Part shown: positions 19,083 to 27,253 of the stretch, one piece after another | How positions within the stretch are numbered: position 1 is the first letter of the stretch | How the letters are laid out: every line of letters starts with the position of its first letter | Origin: a virus | Lineage: Duplodnaviria > Caudoviricetes | Virus record (IMG/VR): IMGVR_UViG_3300012953_000078 | Span: 1-37,937 of that record | DNA length: 37,937 nt | Reading direction: 5' to 3' (one strand) | The notes under the pieces: generated by a model | The model's input: only the letters and a program-made list of their open reading frames with translations | What the model was told of the DNA's origin: nothing | Database searches by the model: none | Position numbers and translations under genes: made by a program

Positions 19083-21778
19083 TACATCCTACTCATTAAT
19101 CCAGTTAATGCACCATGTACATCACCCTCATCGATATTTATCGGTATCGGAGTAGGGATTGCTTGAATCTTCTCGACAATAACTGGTATTGGTATGAAGT
19201 CCAATGCTTGCTGCATAACATATTCTTGTGATATACCACCTTCCTTAGACCAATTTGCAGATATATTTTTAGCAACTCCAAGAACTTTTGGATCTACACC
19301 AAGTTCAGCACCTACTTGTTGTATTGCTTGCTGGTAATCACCTGCCATAAATCCAGTAACAGCATTAAATAATCCACCCATTCCCATCTCTTCAGCAATA
19401 TTGCCAAGTAAATTCATTGGGTTTGGATCATTAATAAAGCTAGTTAAATGACCTTTAAATCCTCCTAAATCACCAGGAATCATATTTAAACCTATATTAG
19501 CAGCACCTCTAAGATCTCCAGTTATAAGGCTAGTACCAAGTCTTCCCCAATCAGAGTCCATAAAGTCACTAATCTTACCCATAGTACCAGGGAAGAAATG
19601 ATTAGCACCTGCCATTAAAGCTTGAAGTGGGTTACCTTGTGTTAACGCAACTCCAGCATTAACTGCAGCAAGAATTGGACCAGCACCAGGAATAAAAGAT
19701 AAGGCAGTAGATACTAATGGATTACTTGTTATCTTACCGATTGTATTTCCAACACTCTGAACACCTTTCCATACACTCTTACCAATATTCTTAACACCTT
19801 TCCATATTCTACCAAATAACATCTCTTGAAGTTGTCCACCTTCTGCAAAAGGCCACCAACCTTTCTTCTTAACTTTGTCAGATGTATCCGAAACACCTTC
19901 CTTAAGAGGGTCTGATACATTACCTTTAAACATCTTAGTAATATCACCCAAAGGAGGTAATTTACTAGTTACATTTTCAACTTGACCTTTAAATGATCCA
20001 AGACCTAATGCATTAACAAGTTTGTTCTCTTGCTTCATCAAATCCCATTCAGGATTTATAAAAGGCATCATGTCCCTAACGAACATGTATAAATCTAAAG
20101 CAGAAGAAACTCCAGATCCAGCACCACCTGTAAATAAACTACTAAGATCAAAGATACCAGATACACCTTCGATTAAACCACCTAATGAATCCTTACTTCT
20201 AAATCTTTCATATGAGAATAGTAAGTTAACAATACCACCGATACCTACCAGTAACTTTGGTCCTATTTCACTTGCTAATTTACCAAACCCACTAAATCCT
20301 TTAATTCCCTTGGTCGATAGATAATCTAAAATTGGTTTTATACCAGGCATATTGGTTAGATTACTAATTAAATTTTTACCAATTCCACCAACTTTCTTAA
20401 ATAAAGGATCTAATAAACTTTGTACTGGTGCAAGAATTTTTTTAACAACAGTATCTTGTGCACCTTTTTTGAGTTTATTAAATCCCCCTATAGCACCATC
20501 AATAGTGCCATTGACCATACCTGATATTCTCTTTGCTTGATTTGCTAATGCAGTTTGAGTTTTCTGCCAAAGTTTTGTTCCTACTTCTACACCTTGCTGG
20601 AGTTTCTTACTACCAGTATCCATTATCCAATCTTTACCTCTATTAAACCAGTTACCAAAACCCTTTTTACCCTGAGTCCACTTTTGACCTATATTGTCCA
20701 TAAGATTACCAGTTTGGGTTTTCTTTTTACCTAAGAAATCACCAATAGTATCCTTTATACCAGTTACCTTTGATCCAATAGCGTCTTTTGTTGGAATTTT
20801 ACTTTTTATATTATTATTAAACCAATCACCTAATTTACCCAATGGTCCTTTTTTAGCCTTAGGTTTATTTAAATCTATTCTTTTAATTGCTTTCTCAGCA
20901 TCACGCATTGCTCCCCTGAGACTTTTACCATTCTCAAGAGAGTTTAAAAATACCTTTGCTCCGTTTTTATTCTGCTTTAAAAGACTTTTATATTGTTTAG
21001 CAGCAGCATTACCATATTTTTTAGCTATTGATTTTGTATTTGGTAAATCACCACCACCTTTACCAGCATCACCACCAGGAGTGTTACCCATCATCCAATC
21101 CATCAATCCCATAATATCAGCTATGAGACTAAATGGGTTCATTAGATACTTTAATCCTATAATACCCGTGATTAATTGTCCTAATCCCGTAATTTTTGAA
21201 CCAAAATCACCTTCTGGATCACTTAATTTAGAAAATCCATCTAAACCCCAATTAACTAATCCTGACGAAAATTCATACAACTTTGTAAATACAACATTTA
21301 CCTTATGTAAGAACAATTCTAGTTCGGCCATCTTTGTAGGATCACCAATATAATCTAAAGTTTCTTTAATAATACCAATGGCTATTAGTTTCTTAAAGAG
21401 AAGACCAAGTGGTGATAAAAACTGCTCAAGCCACCCAAGAGCACCTTTAATTCCTTTCTTAGCCTTTTGATCTGGTTTTTTTCGTCCAGCAGCAGGATCT
21501 CCTTTTTCTAACTTTCTAAGTTCTGCTGCTTCCTCTGCATCTTGATCCTTTTCTCTTCTTAATCTTCTTCTTTCTAAAACTTCTTGCTTCTTTTCTAAAT
21601 TCTGACTTGCAGCTGCAATCCTTTCTATATCTTTGGTAGCATTAGCAACACTAGTAATAGTGCCACCTAACCTATTAATAGCAAGAGTAGTAACACGAGC
21701 AGCTGCAACGGCTCCACCCATCGCTCTTCCTGCAGCAGGGCTTACAAATTTATATGCTTGGATTTTAGTATTAGCCAC
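19082..21778 (-). CDS. Tape-measure-like virion protein
   Basis: 898 aa, G/L/K-rich amphipathic helices with periodic W/F; GTG start; directly downstream of the gp26 module. Confidence 0.6.
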   Translation of the reverse strand: MANTKIQAYKFVSPAAGRAMGGAVAAARVTTLAINRLGGTITSVANATKDIERIAAASQNLEKKQEVLERRRLRREKDQDAEEAAELRKLEKGDPAAGRKKPDQKAKKGIKGALGWLEQFLSPLGLLFKKLIAIGIIKETLDYIGDPTKMAELELFLHKVNVVFTKLYEFSSGLVNWGLDGFSKLSDPEGDFGSKITGLGQLITGIIGLKYLMNPFSLIADIMGLMDWMMGNTPGGDAGKGGGDLPNTKSIAKKYGNAAAKQYKSLLKQNKNGAKVFLNSLENGKSLRGAMRDAEKAIKRIDLNKPKAKKGPLGKLGDWFNNNIKSKIPTKDAIGSKVTGIKDTIGDFLGKKKTQTGNLMDNIGQKWTQGKKGFGNWFNRGKDWIMDTGSKKLQQGVEVGTKLWQKTQTALANQAKRISGMVNGTIDGAIGGFNKLKKGAQDTVVKKILAPVQSLLDPLFKKVGGIGKNLISNLTNMPGIKPILDYLSTKGIKGFSGFGKLASEIGPKLLVGIGGIVNLLFSYERFRSKDSLGGLIEGVSGIFDLSSLFTGGAGSGVSSALDLYMFVRDMMPFINPEWDLMKQENKLVNALGLGSFKGQVENVTSKLPPLGDITKMFKGNVSDPLKEGVSDTSDKVKKKGWWPFAEGGQLQEMLFGRIWKGVKNIGKSVWKGVQSVGNTIGKITSNPLVSTALSFIPGAGPILAAVNAGVALTQGNPLQALMAGANHFFPGTMGKISDFMDSDWGRLGTSLITGDLRGAANIGLNMIPGDLGGFKGHLTSFINDPNPMNLLGNIAEEMGMGGLFNAVTGFMAGDYQQAIQQVGAELGVDPKVLGVAKNISANWSKEGGISQEYVMQQALDFIPIPVIVEKIQAIPTPIPINIDEGDVHGALTGLMSRM

Positions 21779-21965
21779 CCGTGTTGTTCTGCTCCTTCAT
21801 TCTACGTTCTTCCTCTTGTAGGAATTTTATTAACATATTTACATAAATGTCCTTTTCCCAAGGCATCAAATTATCAATATATTCAATGTTCCATTTATGA
21901 TGATGGATTAAGGCAAAATTGCCTTCATAATATGAACGCAAACTAGTATGAAGAAGTGCTAGCCG
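21771..21965 (-). CDS. gp51-like C-terminal module (64 aa), probably translated by -1 frameshift from gp26
   Basis: Hand-translated as RLALLHTSLRSYYEGNFALIHHHKWNIEYIDNLMPWEKDIYVNMLIKFLQEEERRMKEQNNTGG. It resembles the small cyanophage 'gp51' ORF (NFAL.HHH...MPWE..IY). There is no ATG before the conserved part. Confidence 0.75.
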   Translation of the reverse strand, partial: RLALLHTSLRSYYEGNFALIHHHKWNIEYIDNLMPWEKDIYVNMLIKFLQEEERRMKEQNNTGG

Positions 21966-22675
21966 AAAAAACTTGCTAGACCCTCCAGTACTACATCACT
22001 CTCAACTTTTGTTTCAGGATTTGTAACCTTGACTGTATGAGACAATTTAGGCATAGATTCAAAGAAACCTTGAATAACACCAAATTGCTTACTATTCAGA
22101 TTATCAAAAAATTCTAAAAGATCTTTTCTAGGAAGGTCTCTGCAATCATATACTTGATTAGGATCAGTAATTGTTTCTACACAACTAGCTGCCATATCAA
22201 ATACTTGCTCAACACCAGCACCACCCTCAGCAGTAAAGTTCATTTTTACAAAAGTATCCAAGCTTGGATAACCCATTGTAATTATGACATCATCTGATAA
22301 TTGTAGTTCTTTTTTGTGTTTTTTATCTTTGATAACTTTAATATCATCCAAAGGTATTTCCACTTCAACTTGTGTTTCCCCATCATCAGGGCAAGTGATA
22401 CTTACAGTTACATTCTCACCAACGGATTTGGTACGAATCTGTAAGAAAACGAATTCAATATCGAATGTTGATAACTCATTAACATCACTGATATCAGTAC
22501 ATGCGGTGATAATATCCTTAATTGCTTTAACGATATCTGCTTGTTCACCTGTTTCGGTTGCTATAAGAAGCAATTTCTCCTCTTTAACGAGGAATGGTCT
22601 GTAATTGACAATTCTACGTGCATCAGAGGGCAATTTTAAAGTGTACTTAGGTACATTTAACTTAGGTAATGCCAT
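21959..22675 (-). CDS. gp26: Baseplate hub assembly protein / tail assembly chaperone (T4 gp26-like)
   Basis: Motifs MALPKLNVPKY, YRPFLVKEEKLLL, FDIEFVFLQIRTKSVGE and FFESMPKLSH...EGLASFF. Confidence 0.88.
   Translation of the reverse strand: MALPKLNVPKYTLKLPSDARRIVNYRPFLVKEEKLLLIATETGEQADIVKAIKDIITACTDISDVNELSTFDIEFVFLQIRTKSVGENVTVSITCPDDGETQVEVEIPLDDIKVIKDKKHKKELQLSDDVIITMGYPSLDTFVKMNFTAEGGAGVEQVFDMAASCVETITDPNQVYDCRDLPRKDLLEFFDNLNSKQFGVIQGFFESMPKLSHTVKVTNPETKVESDVVLEGLASFFG
21965..21986 (-). other. Putative -1 ribosomal frameshift signal: GGAGG-N10-U_UUU_UUC
   Basis: In-frame X_XXY_YYZ heptamer at 21971-21965, one codon before the gp26 stop; SD-like GGAGG at 21986-21982. Confidence 0.65.
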
Positions 22676-22708
22676 AGTGTATTCAAATCAAAAGATTGTA
22701 TATGTATA

Positions 22709-22715
22709 TATTTAG
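22709..22715 (-). promoter_or_regulatory. Late promoter-like CTAAATA upstream of gp26
   Basis: Overlaps the TAA stop of the upstream gene. Confidence 0.55.
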
Positions 22716-23545
22716 TAGCCTTTCCAAGCGTCTTCTTGATTAGAAGACCAGAAAGTATCACTTCCAGTTGCAACATCAGTCATTCTATCTGGTTGATAGG
22801 TATCATCTAATGCAAGTTTTCTCATTACATCACCAGTCTTACCATCATCATCAAATTTGTCCTTAGTATAGAATCTATATCTTTCGTAATAAAATCCTAT
22901 TGTAACATCCATAAGTCGTGCAGAATCATTATTTAATTGTATCGATCCAATATTATAAGGAAATGCTTTTTGAATCTGCCAACAAGCAGTTAGTTCATTC
23001 AGTCTTGCCATTAATGGATTGATCTGGCTATTTCTTAATTGTTGCAACAAAGCAGGATCTTGTAATGCCATTTCTCCACCACCTCTTTCCCATTTATGAA
23101 TTAGTATTTGTGGGCAAACATAATGATCATAGTAGTCTGTATATTGATTAGCGTCATTAGATATCTTTTGCATCCATCTCTCAAAGAAATTCCTTGTATA
23201 CTGAGATCTGGGTATTTGAAAAGTTATATTAATTTGACTCATAGCAGAGCCAGTAGCATATTTAATAGGTGCACCTACATTAACAAGTTGTCCAGTAGTA
23301 ATTTGTTTACTTGGAAGGTTTACATTTTTAGCATAAAAATCTAAAAGAACACTTAAATCACCACGATCCGATTCAAATACTTGTGAAGATGTTGATCCAC
23401 CAGACAACCTTAAACAAGGTGGTGCTGCAAAATGAACAGAATATAGATTCGTAGTACTAGGATGATTATCCTTTACTTTAAAAAACGAAGTAAAATTCTG
23501 AAGAGAATTATATCGTGCTGCCTGGGGATACTTTATATCTGCCAT
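22712..23545 (-). CDS. Tail-tube-fold protein (gp19/gp54-like tube initiator)
   Basis: Motifs AKNVNLPSKQI, INITF...RNFFERW and AFPYNIGSIQLN...VTIGFYYERY, typical of the tube fold; consistent synteny. Confidence 0.6.
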   Translation of the reverse strand: MADIKYPQAARYNSLQNFTSFFKVKDNHPSTTNLYSVHFAAPPCLRLSGGSTSSQVFESDRGDLSVLLDFYAKNVNLPSKQITTGQLVNVGAPIKYATGSAMSQINITFQIPRSQYTRNFFERWMQKISNDANQYTDYYDHYVCPQILIHKWERGGGEMALQDPALLQQLRNSQINPLMARLNELTACWQIQKAFPYNIGSIQLNNDSARLMDVTIGFYYERYRFYTKDKFDDDGKTGDVMRKLALDDTYQPDRMTDVATGSDTFWSSNQEDAWKGY

Positions 23546-23967
23546 TATACTTTAAGTTCCTTTTCCGTTATTAACATAAATTCCCAATTATGATCCATGC
23601 AAAATTCTGTTGCTGCTTTCCATTTTGCCTTATTAACACTCCAAGTAACAACTTCAGAAATATATCTTTTAGTATGTCTTTTTTGTGTTTTAGGTTCTTT
23701 GGTTTGTTTAGAAGGTTTTACCTCAACCATATATTTTTTTCCATTCACTTTCACATAAAAATCTGGATAATATTTATGGCGTTTACCATCAACAGGGGAT
23801 ATATAAGGTATTGCAATCTCTTCACTACCCCATTCTTGTACTGAACGAGTTTTATCACACCAAAGCATGAACTTATATTCCCAAGATGATCTGTAAACTA
23901 TGTTACGAGGATCACCTTTATACTTGCTAACAAGTCGTGGAAAATATTTACCTTGCTTATATCGCAT
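23545..23967 (-). CDS. gp4: Head completion nuclease (T4 gp4-like)
   Basis: Motifs KYKGDPRNIVYRSSWE, WGSEEIAIPY, YYPDF...VEVKP and N.AKW.AA. Confidence 0.9.
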   Translation of the reverse strand: MRYKQGKYFPRLVSKYKGDPRNIVYRSSWEYKFMLWCDKTRSVQEWGSEEIAIPYISPVDGKRHKYYPDFYVKVNGKKYMVEVKPSKQTKEPKTQKRHTKRYISEVVTWSVNKAKWKAATEFCMDHNWEFMLITEKELKV

Positions 23968-23995
23968 AAATATATAAAGATCACATAGTATTTAG
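23965..23995. promoter_or_regulatory. Opposed late promoters: CATAAATA (+, 23965-23972) for gp48 and CTAAATA (-, 23989-23995) for gp4
   Basis: Both motifs read directly in or next to the 37-nt divergent gap. Confidence 0.6.
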
Positions 23996-24004
23996 GTCGA
24001 AACC

Positions 24005-25066
24005 TTGGCAGTTTTTAAATATCCAAAATCAACACCAGTTCCCGCTAGTGGTAACGACGCAGATGGACCAACAGAGGCAATAGATTATCTTGCTATTAGA
24101 AGAAGTAGAATTAGATATGAGGACTCGCAGGGAAAATATTACGGGGAAAATTTACCTAATAATAAAGTGCAGAGAGATTACCATCCCCATGCATGTTATG
24201 TAGCAATGCCTCCACAATTATCAACATCATATAATCCAGCATATTCAAGAACAGATGTTGGTGTTGCTGGTGTTATGGCTGCGAGTTTAGCAGGTGGTGA
24301 TATGGATGGTAGTGATATGACTCGAATTGCTCAATCGGTACAAGCAGCAGCTCAAGGAGGATCACCAGAATTTGCAGCTTCTCTTATTGCTAGTGCAGCA
24401 AATGGTCTTAATAATATGCTTGGTTTGGCAGGTAATACCAGTGCAAGCTCATTGTTAGCCCTATCTAAAGGTAAAGTGTTTAATCCCTTTACAGAACAAG
24501 TATTTAATAGTATGGCATTTAGAACCCATACATTTAACTTTAAATTTTTATCTAGAAATGAAGCAGAAGCACATGAAGTAAAAGCAATTATAGATTATAT
24601 AAAGATAGGTTCAGGACCAATTATTAGTTCTGGAAATGCTATTGATGAAATTACTTTAAATCAGAGTAAAAGTTTTAAATCAGCAATTGATCAAATTAAA
24701 GAAGCGACTGATTTTACGGATAGTAGTATTTCTGATGATGTTAGTGATTTTCTTGGATCTGATACTAATGGTTTTGTACCAAAATATCGATATATGGAAG
24801 TTCCTGACAAATACCACCTTAAAATTATGAGATTAAATCCAGACCAAACTCAACTGGACAGAGGTGATGGTCAACATGGACTGCATTTTAGAATGCATAC
24901 CTCAGTATGTACAGGAATTAATGTAAATTACACTCCAGATGGTCAATATACTACATTTAAACGATTTGGACATGCAAATTCTGTTCAAGTTCCAGCACTA
25001 CAAATGACTGTTAGTTTCACAGAAACTAGAATGGTAACACAAAGAGACATGATAAACGGGTACTAA
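24005..25066 (+). CDS. gp48: Baseplate tail-tube cap (T4 gp48-like)
   Basis: Motifs NPFTEQVFNSMAFRTHTFNFKF, CTGINVNYTPDG and MTVSFTET; TTG start. Confidence 0.82.
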   Translation: MAVFKYPKSTPVPASGNDADGPTEAIDYLAIRRSRIRYEDSQGKYYGENLPNNKVQRDYHPHACYVAMPPQLSTSYNPAYSRTDVGVAGVMAASLAGGDMDGSDMTRIAQSVQAAAQGGSPEFAASLIASAANGLNNMLGLAGNTSASSLLALSKGKVFNPFTEQVFNSMAFRTHTFNFKFLSRNEAEAHEVKAIIDYIKIGSGPIISSGNAIDEITLNQSKSFKSAIDQIKEATDFTDSSISDDVSDFLGSDTNGFVPKYRYMEVPDKYHLKIMRLNPDQTQLDRGDGQHGLHFRMHTSVCTGINVNYTPDGQYTTFKRFGHANSVQVPALQMTVSFTETRMVTQRDMINGY

Positions 25067-25067
25067 T

Positions 25068-26012
25068 ATGGCTTCTTATTTTTCTTATTTTCCAAACGTA
25101 TATATTGGTGAAGGTGTTAAAGATGACGAATCTTTCAAATACAGACTTTGCACAAATATTTTCAGAAGAACAAAGGTTAGACCTGATTTAGACAAGTATA
25201 GTACCTTATTTGAAAAATATTCTATTCGTGATAATGAAAATCCATCACAACTTGCACAAACCTTATTTGATGATCCTCATCTTGATTGGATAATACTACT
25301 AATAAACAATATTACGGATGTATACTCAGAGTGGCCAAAAAAAGAAGATGACTTAATGGAGTATGTACAAAAGAATTATGATAATCCAGATTCTGTGCAT
25401 CACTACGAAACTCAAAAAGTAATGTTTGGTGACATAACTTTAATAGAAGCTGGTGTACAGGTTAATAGTACATACCGAACAAAACTTCCAGATGGTACAA
25501 TAAAATCTGAAGAAGAATCAGTATATCCAGTAACTAACTACGAACACGAAAATTACCTAAATGAGCAAAAAAGGCAAATATTGCTTCCAGTATCTCAAAT
25601 GGTAGATATTGTAATGGAAGAATTTGAACAATTAGTACAATATGAAAATCATGATGAATTAGATAATGCAGGTAATAAGAAAACACCTATGAGTATTGCT
25701 TCACGATTCATCGATAACACGGGTCATACTGCAGGAAGTGAAGAAGCTTCTGCTGATCTAGGAGCAATTATATCGTATGATAATGGACCTGGTAGTGCAA
25801 CTATAACAGTCGGAGCAGAAACAACTACAACTGCTGCAACTACTACTGCTACTACTGCTACTACCACTGTCGTGGAAGCTAGTACAGCGTTAGCTTCAAC
25901 AGCAGGTACTTCAACAACAACAACAACTACAACAACCACTAGCAGCAGTTCAAGTTCTTCTAGCAGCAGTTCAGGATCTTCTAGCAGCAGTTCAGGATCT
26001 TCGGGATATTAA
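25068..26012 (+). CDS. gp53: Baseplate wedge subunit (T4 gp53-like) with a T/S-rich tail
   Basis: Motifs YFSYFPN, Y.I.D.E.P..LA, WIILLINNI, WP, HHYET and VTNYEHE..LNEQKRQI. Confidence 0.88.
   Translation: MASYFSYFPNVYIGEGVKDDESFKYRLCTNIFRRTKVRPDLDKYSTLFEKYSIRDNENPSQLAQTLFDDPHLDWIILLINNITDVYSEWPKKEDDLMEYVQKNYDNPDSVHHYETQKVMFGDITLIEAGVQVNSTYRTKLPDGTIKSEEESVYPVTNYEHENYLNEQKRQILLPVSQMVDIVMEEFEQLVQYENHDELDNAGNKKTPMSIASRFIDNTGHTAGSEEASADLGAIISYDNGPGSATITVGAETTTTAATTTATTATTTVVEASTALASTAGTSTTTTTTTTTSSSSSSSSSSSGSSSSSSGSSGY
25939..26001 (+). repeat. 3 x 21-bp tandem repeat CTAGCAGCAGTTCA(A/G)G(T/A)TCTT encoding the Ser/Gly tail
   Basis: Units start at 25939, 25960 and 25981; the last two are identical. 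Confidence 0.85.
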
Positions 26013-26019
26013 AAAAACT

Positions 26020-26089
26020 CTACAAACAAAAAAAACCCCCGAATTTTTTTCGGGGTTTCCTGGTAACTAAAAGTTGAATAATATATACC
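26020..26089 (-). terminator. Intrinsic terminator between convergent genes, within a conserved ~70-nt element (copy A)
   Basis: CCCCGAA-AAAAA-TTCGGGG hairpin followed by a U-tract on the minus strand; homologous to 37394-37465. Confidence 0.8.
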
Positions 26090-26256
26090 TAATCACGCAT
26101 TGGACTTCCGTTTCTCCAACGTGGGTTAGAAATACCCATCTGTGTTAGGTCACACTCTATAAGATTCTTATTATCCAGTGATTTTAATATTCTAGACATA
26201 TCAATGGAAGAGAGTTCTCCATCCTTTGTCCATTTTAGTGTAGTTTTAACAGACAT
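26089..26256 (-). CDS. Small hypothetical protein (55 aa)
   Basis: Hand-translated as MSVKTTLKWTKDGELSSIDMSRILKSLDNKNLIECDLTQMGISNPRWRNGSPMRD; the stop abuts the terminator element. Confidence 0.6.
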   Translation of the reverse strand: MSVKTTLKWTKDGELSSIDMSRILKSLDNKNLIECDLTQMGISNPRWRNGSPMRD

Positions 26257-26337
26257 ACATTTGTTTTGAATTCCTCATACTATTTTATACGGAAATGCTA
26301 ACAAATGGGGTTTTCTTTATAATATTTTTAGGTTTAC

Positions 26338-26664
26338 TTAACGACGTGTTACAAGAATATCACCATCATCATCGTCATCATCATCCAATTCTTCTATTCT
26401 ATCTTGTAACGATTGTTGTAAAAAATTATCAGATTCTTTAATTTTCTTAAGAAACTCAGGATCAGGTGTAAAATTTACTACCATTAACTCATCACCAGGT
26501 TTCACCTCTGTCATTTCAGGATGTGGTGGTCTTGTAACCTGTTTAGTTGTCTCTACAAAATTCTTCGCATTCAATTCTCTTGCTGCTGTAAAACCCTGAG
26601 ACATAAGTCTCAAGGCAAGTACAAGAAGTATTAAATTAAACAATAGAAATATACTAACCGCCAT
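26338..26664 (-). CDS. Membrane-anchored DUF2973-like protein
   Basis: N-terminal TM helix, HPEM...ELMVVNF motif and an acidic tail. Confidence 0.55.
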   Translation of the reverse strand: MAVSIFLLFNLILLVLALRLMSQGFTAARELNAKNFVETTKQVTRPPHPEMTEVKPGDELMVVNFTPDPEFLKKIKESDNFLQQSLQDRIEELDDDDDDDGDILVTRR

Positions 26665-27178
26665 CTATATCACATCCAATTACACTACCACTAACAATAC
26701 CCAATGGTATTGCCCACCAACGTCCATCACCTTGAGATATTGCTGCTGCTGCTCCACCACCTAAGATACCACCAAGAATTGCTCCTTCACTACACTCATT
26801 ACCATCAGGTGATGGTTCTCTTTGATATATTGGTCTACGAGGTCTAGGATTACATGGTACTTCAACTTCATCATGCCAAGACTTAACATAACCTGGTCTA
26901 TATGATGTGCCAGGAACATACTCTTCTCTATATTCTTTACGAGTACATGTTCTTTCTGTTGAATATCCTCTTTGATAATCTCTATAAGAAGTTTGATACG
27001 CTGGATCAAACCTTTTCCACCAGTCTTCTTTTCTATACCCATTTCTGTACTCCATAGGTACAGAAGAAGATGATGTACCAAAAAGACTATATGCCTGACG
27101 ATTACTACGATCTCCTATACTTTCTGCCTGTACTGGAGAAACCAGAAAAGGTAATAGCATCAAAGGTGCAAATTTCAT
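26654..27178 (-). CDS. Secreted glycine-zipper protein
   Basis: The probable start is MKFAPLMLLPFLVSPVQA (signal peptide), after a GGAG RBS. C-terminal GAILGGILGGGAAAA...GIVSGSVIG zipper. Confidence 0.7.
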   Translation of the reverse strand: MKFAPLMLLPFLVSPVQAESIGDRSNRQAYSLFGTSSSSVPMEYRNGYRKEDWWKRFDPAYQTSYRDYQRGYSTERTCTRKEYREEYVPGTSYRPGYVKSWHDEVEVPCNPRPRRPIYQREPSPDGNECSEGAILGGILGGGAAAAISQGDGRWWAIPLGIVSGSVIGCDIDGG

Positions 27179-27202
27179 AGTTCTCCGTTCTTTTATACTA
27201 TA

Positions 27203-27249
27203 ATTATAACAGAAAAGGGGTGGAAAAACCACCCCTCTTGTGCCACTTT
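27203..27249 (-). promoter_or_regulatory. Extended -10 promoter (TGtTATAAT) with upstream AAAGTGGCACA motif
   Basis: Read directly; it overlaps the gp32 terminator hairpin. Confidence 0.5.
27212..27236 (-). terminator. Intrinsic terminator after gp32
   Basis: AGGGGTGG-TTTTT-CCACCCCT followed by TTTCT. Confidence 0.75.
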
Positions 27250-27253
27250 GTAA

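Noticed and set aside
20022-21946. Several plus-strand ORFs, including the 219-aa 20694..21353
   Set aside because: They are antisense to the tape-measure-like gene and show no recognisable motifs; the same applies to the other short nested or antisense ORFs in the track.
23545-23967. TnsA-like nuclease as a transposon gene
   Set aside because: Motifs and synteny fit the T4 gp4 head completion protein; there are no other transposition genes or terminal repeats.
25724-25939. Val-rich minus-strand ORF
   Set aside because: It is the reverse complement of the Thr-rich gp53 tail.
25939-26001. 21-bp repeats as a mini CRISPR array
   Set aside because: They are tandem, have no spacers, and lie in frame inside a coding sequence.
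26280-26337. Possible NtcA or Pho box upstream of the 55-aa ORF
   Set aside because: No convincing GTA-N8-TAC or tandem Pho repeat; only a plausible -10 (TAAAAT).
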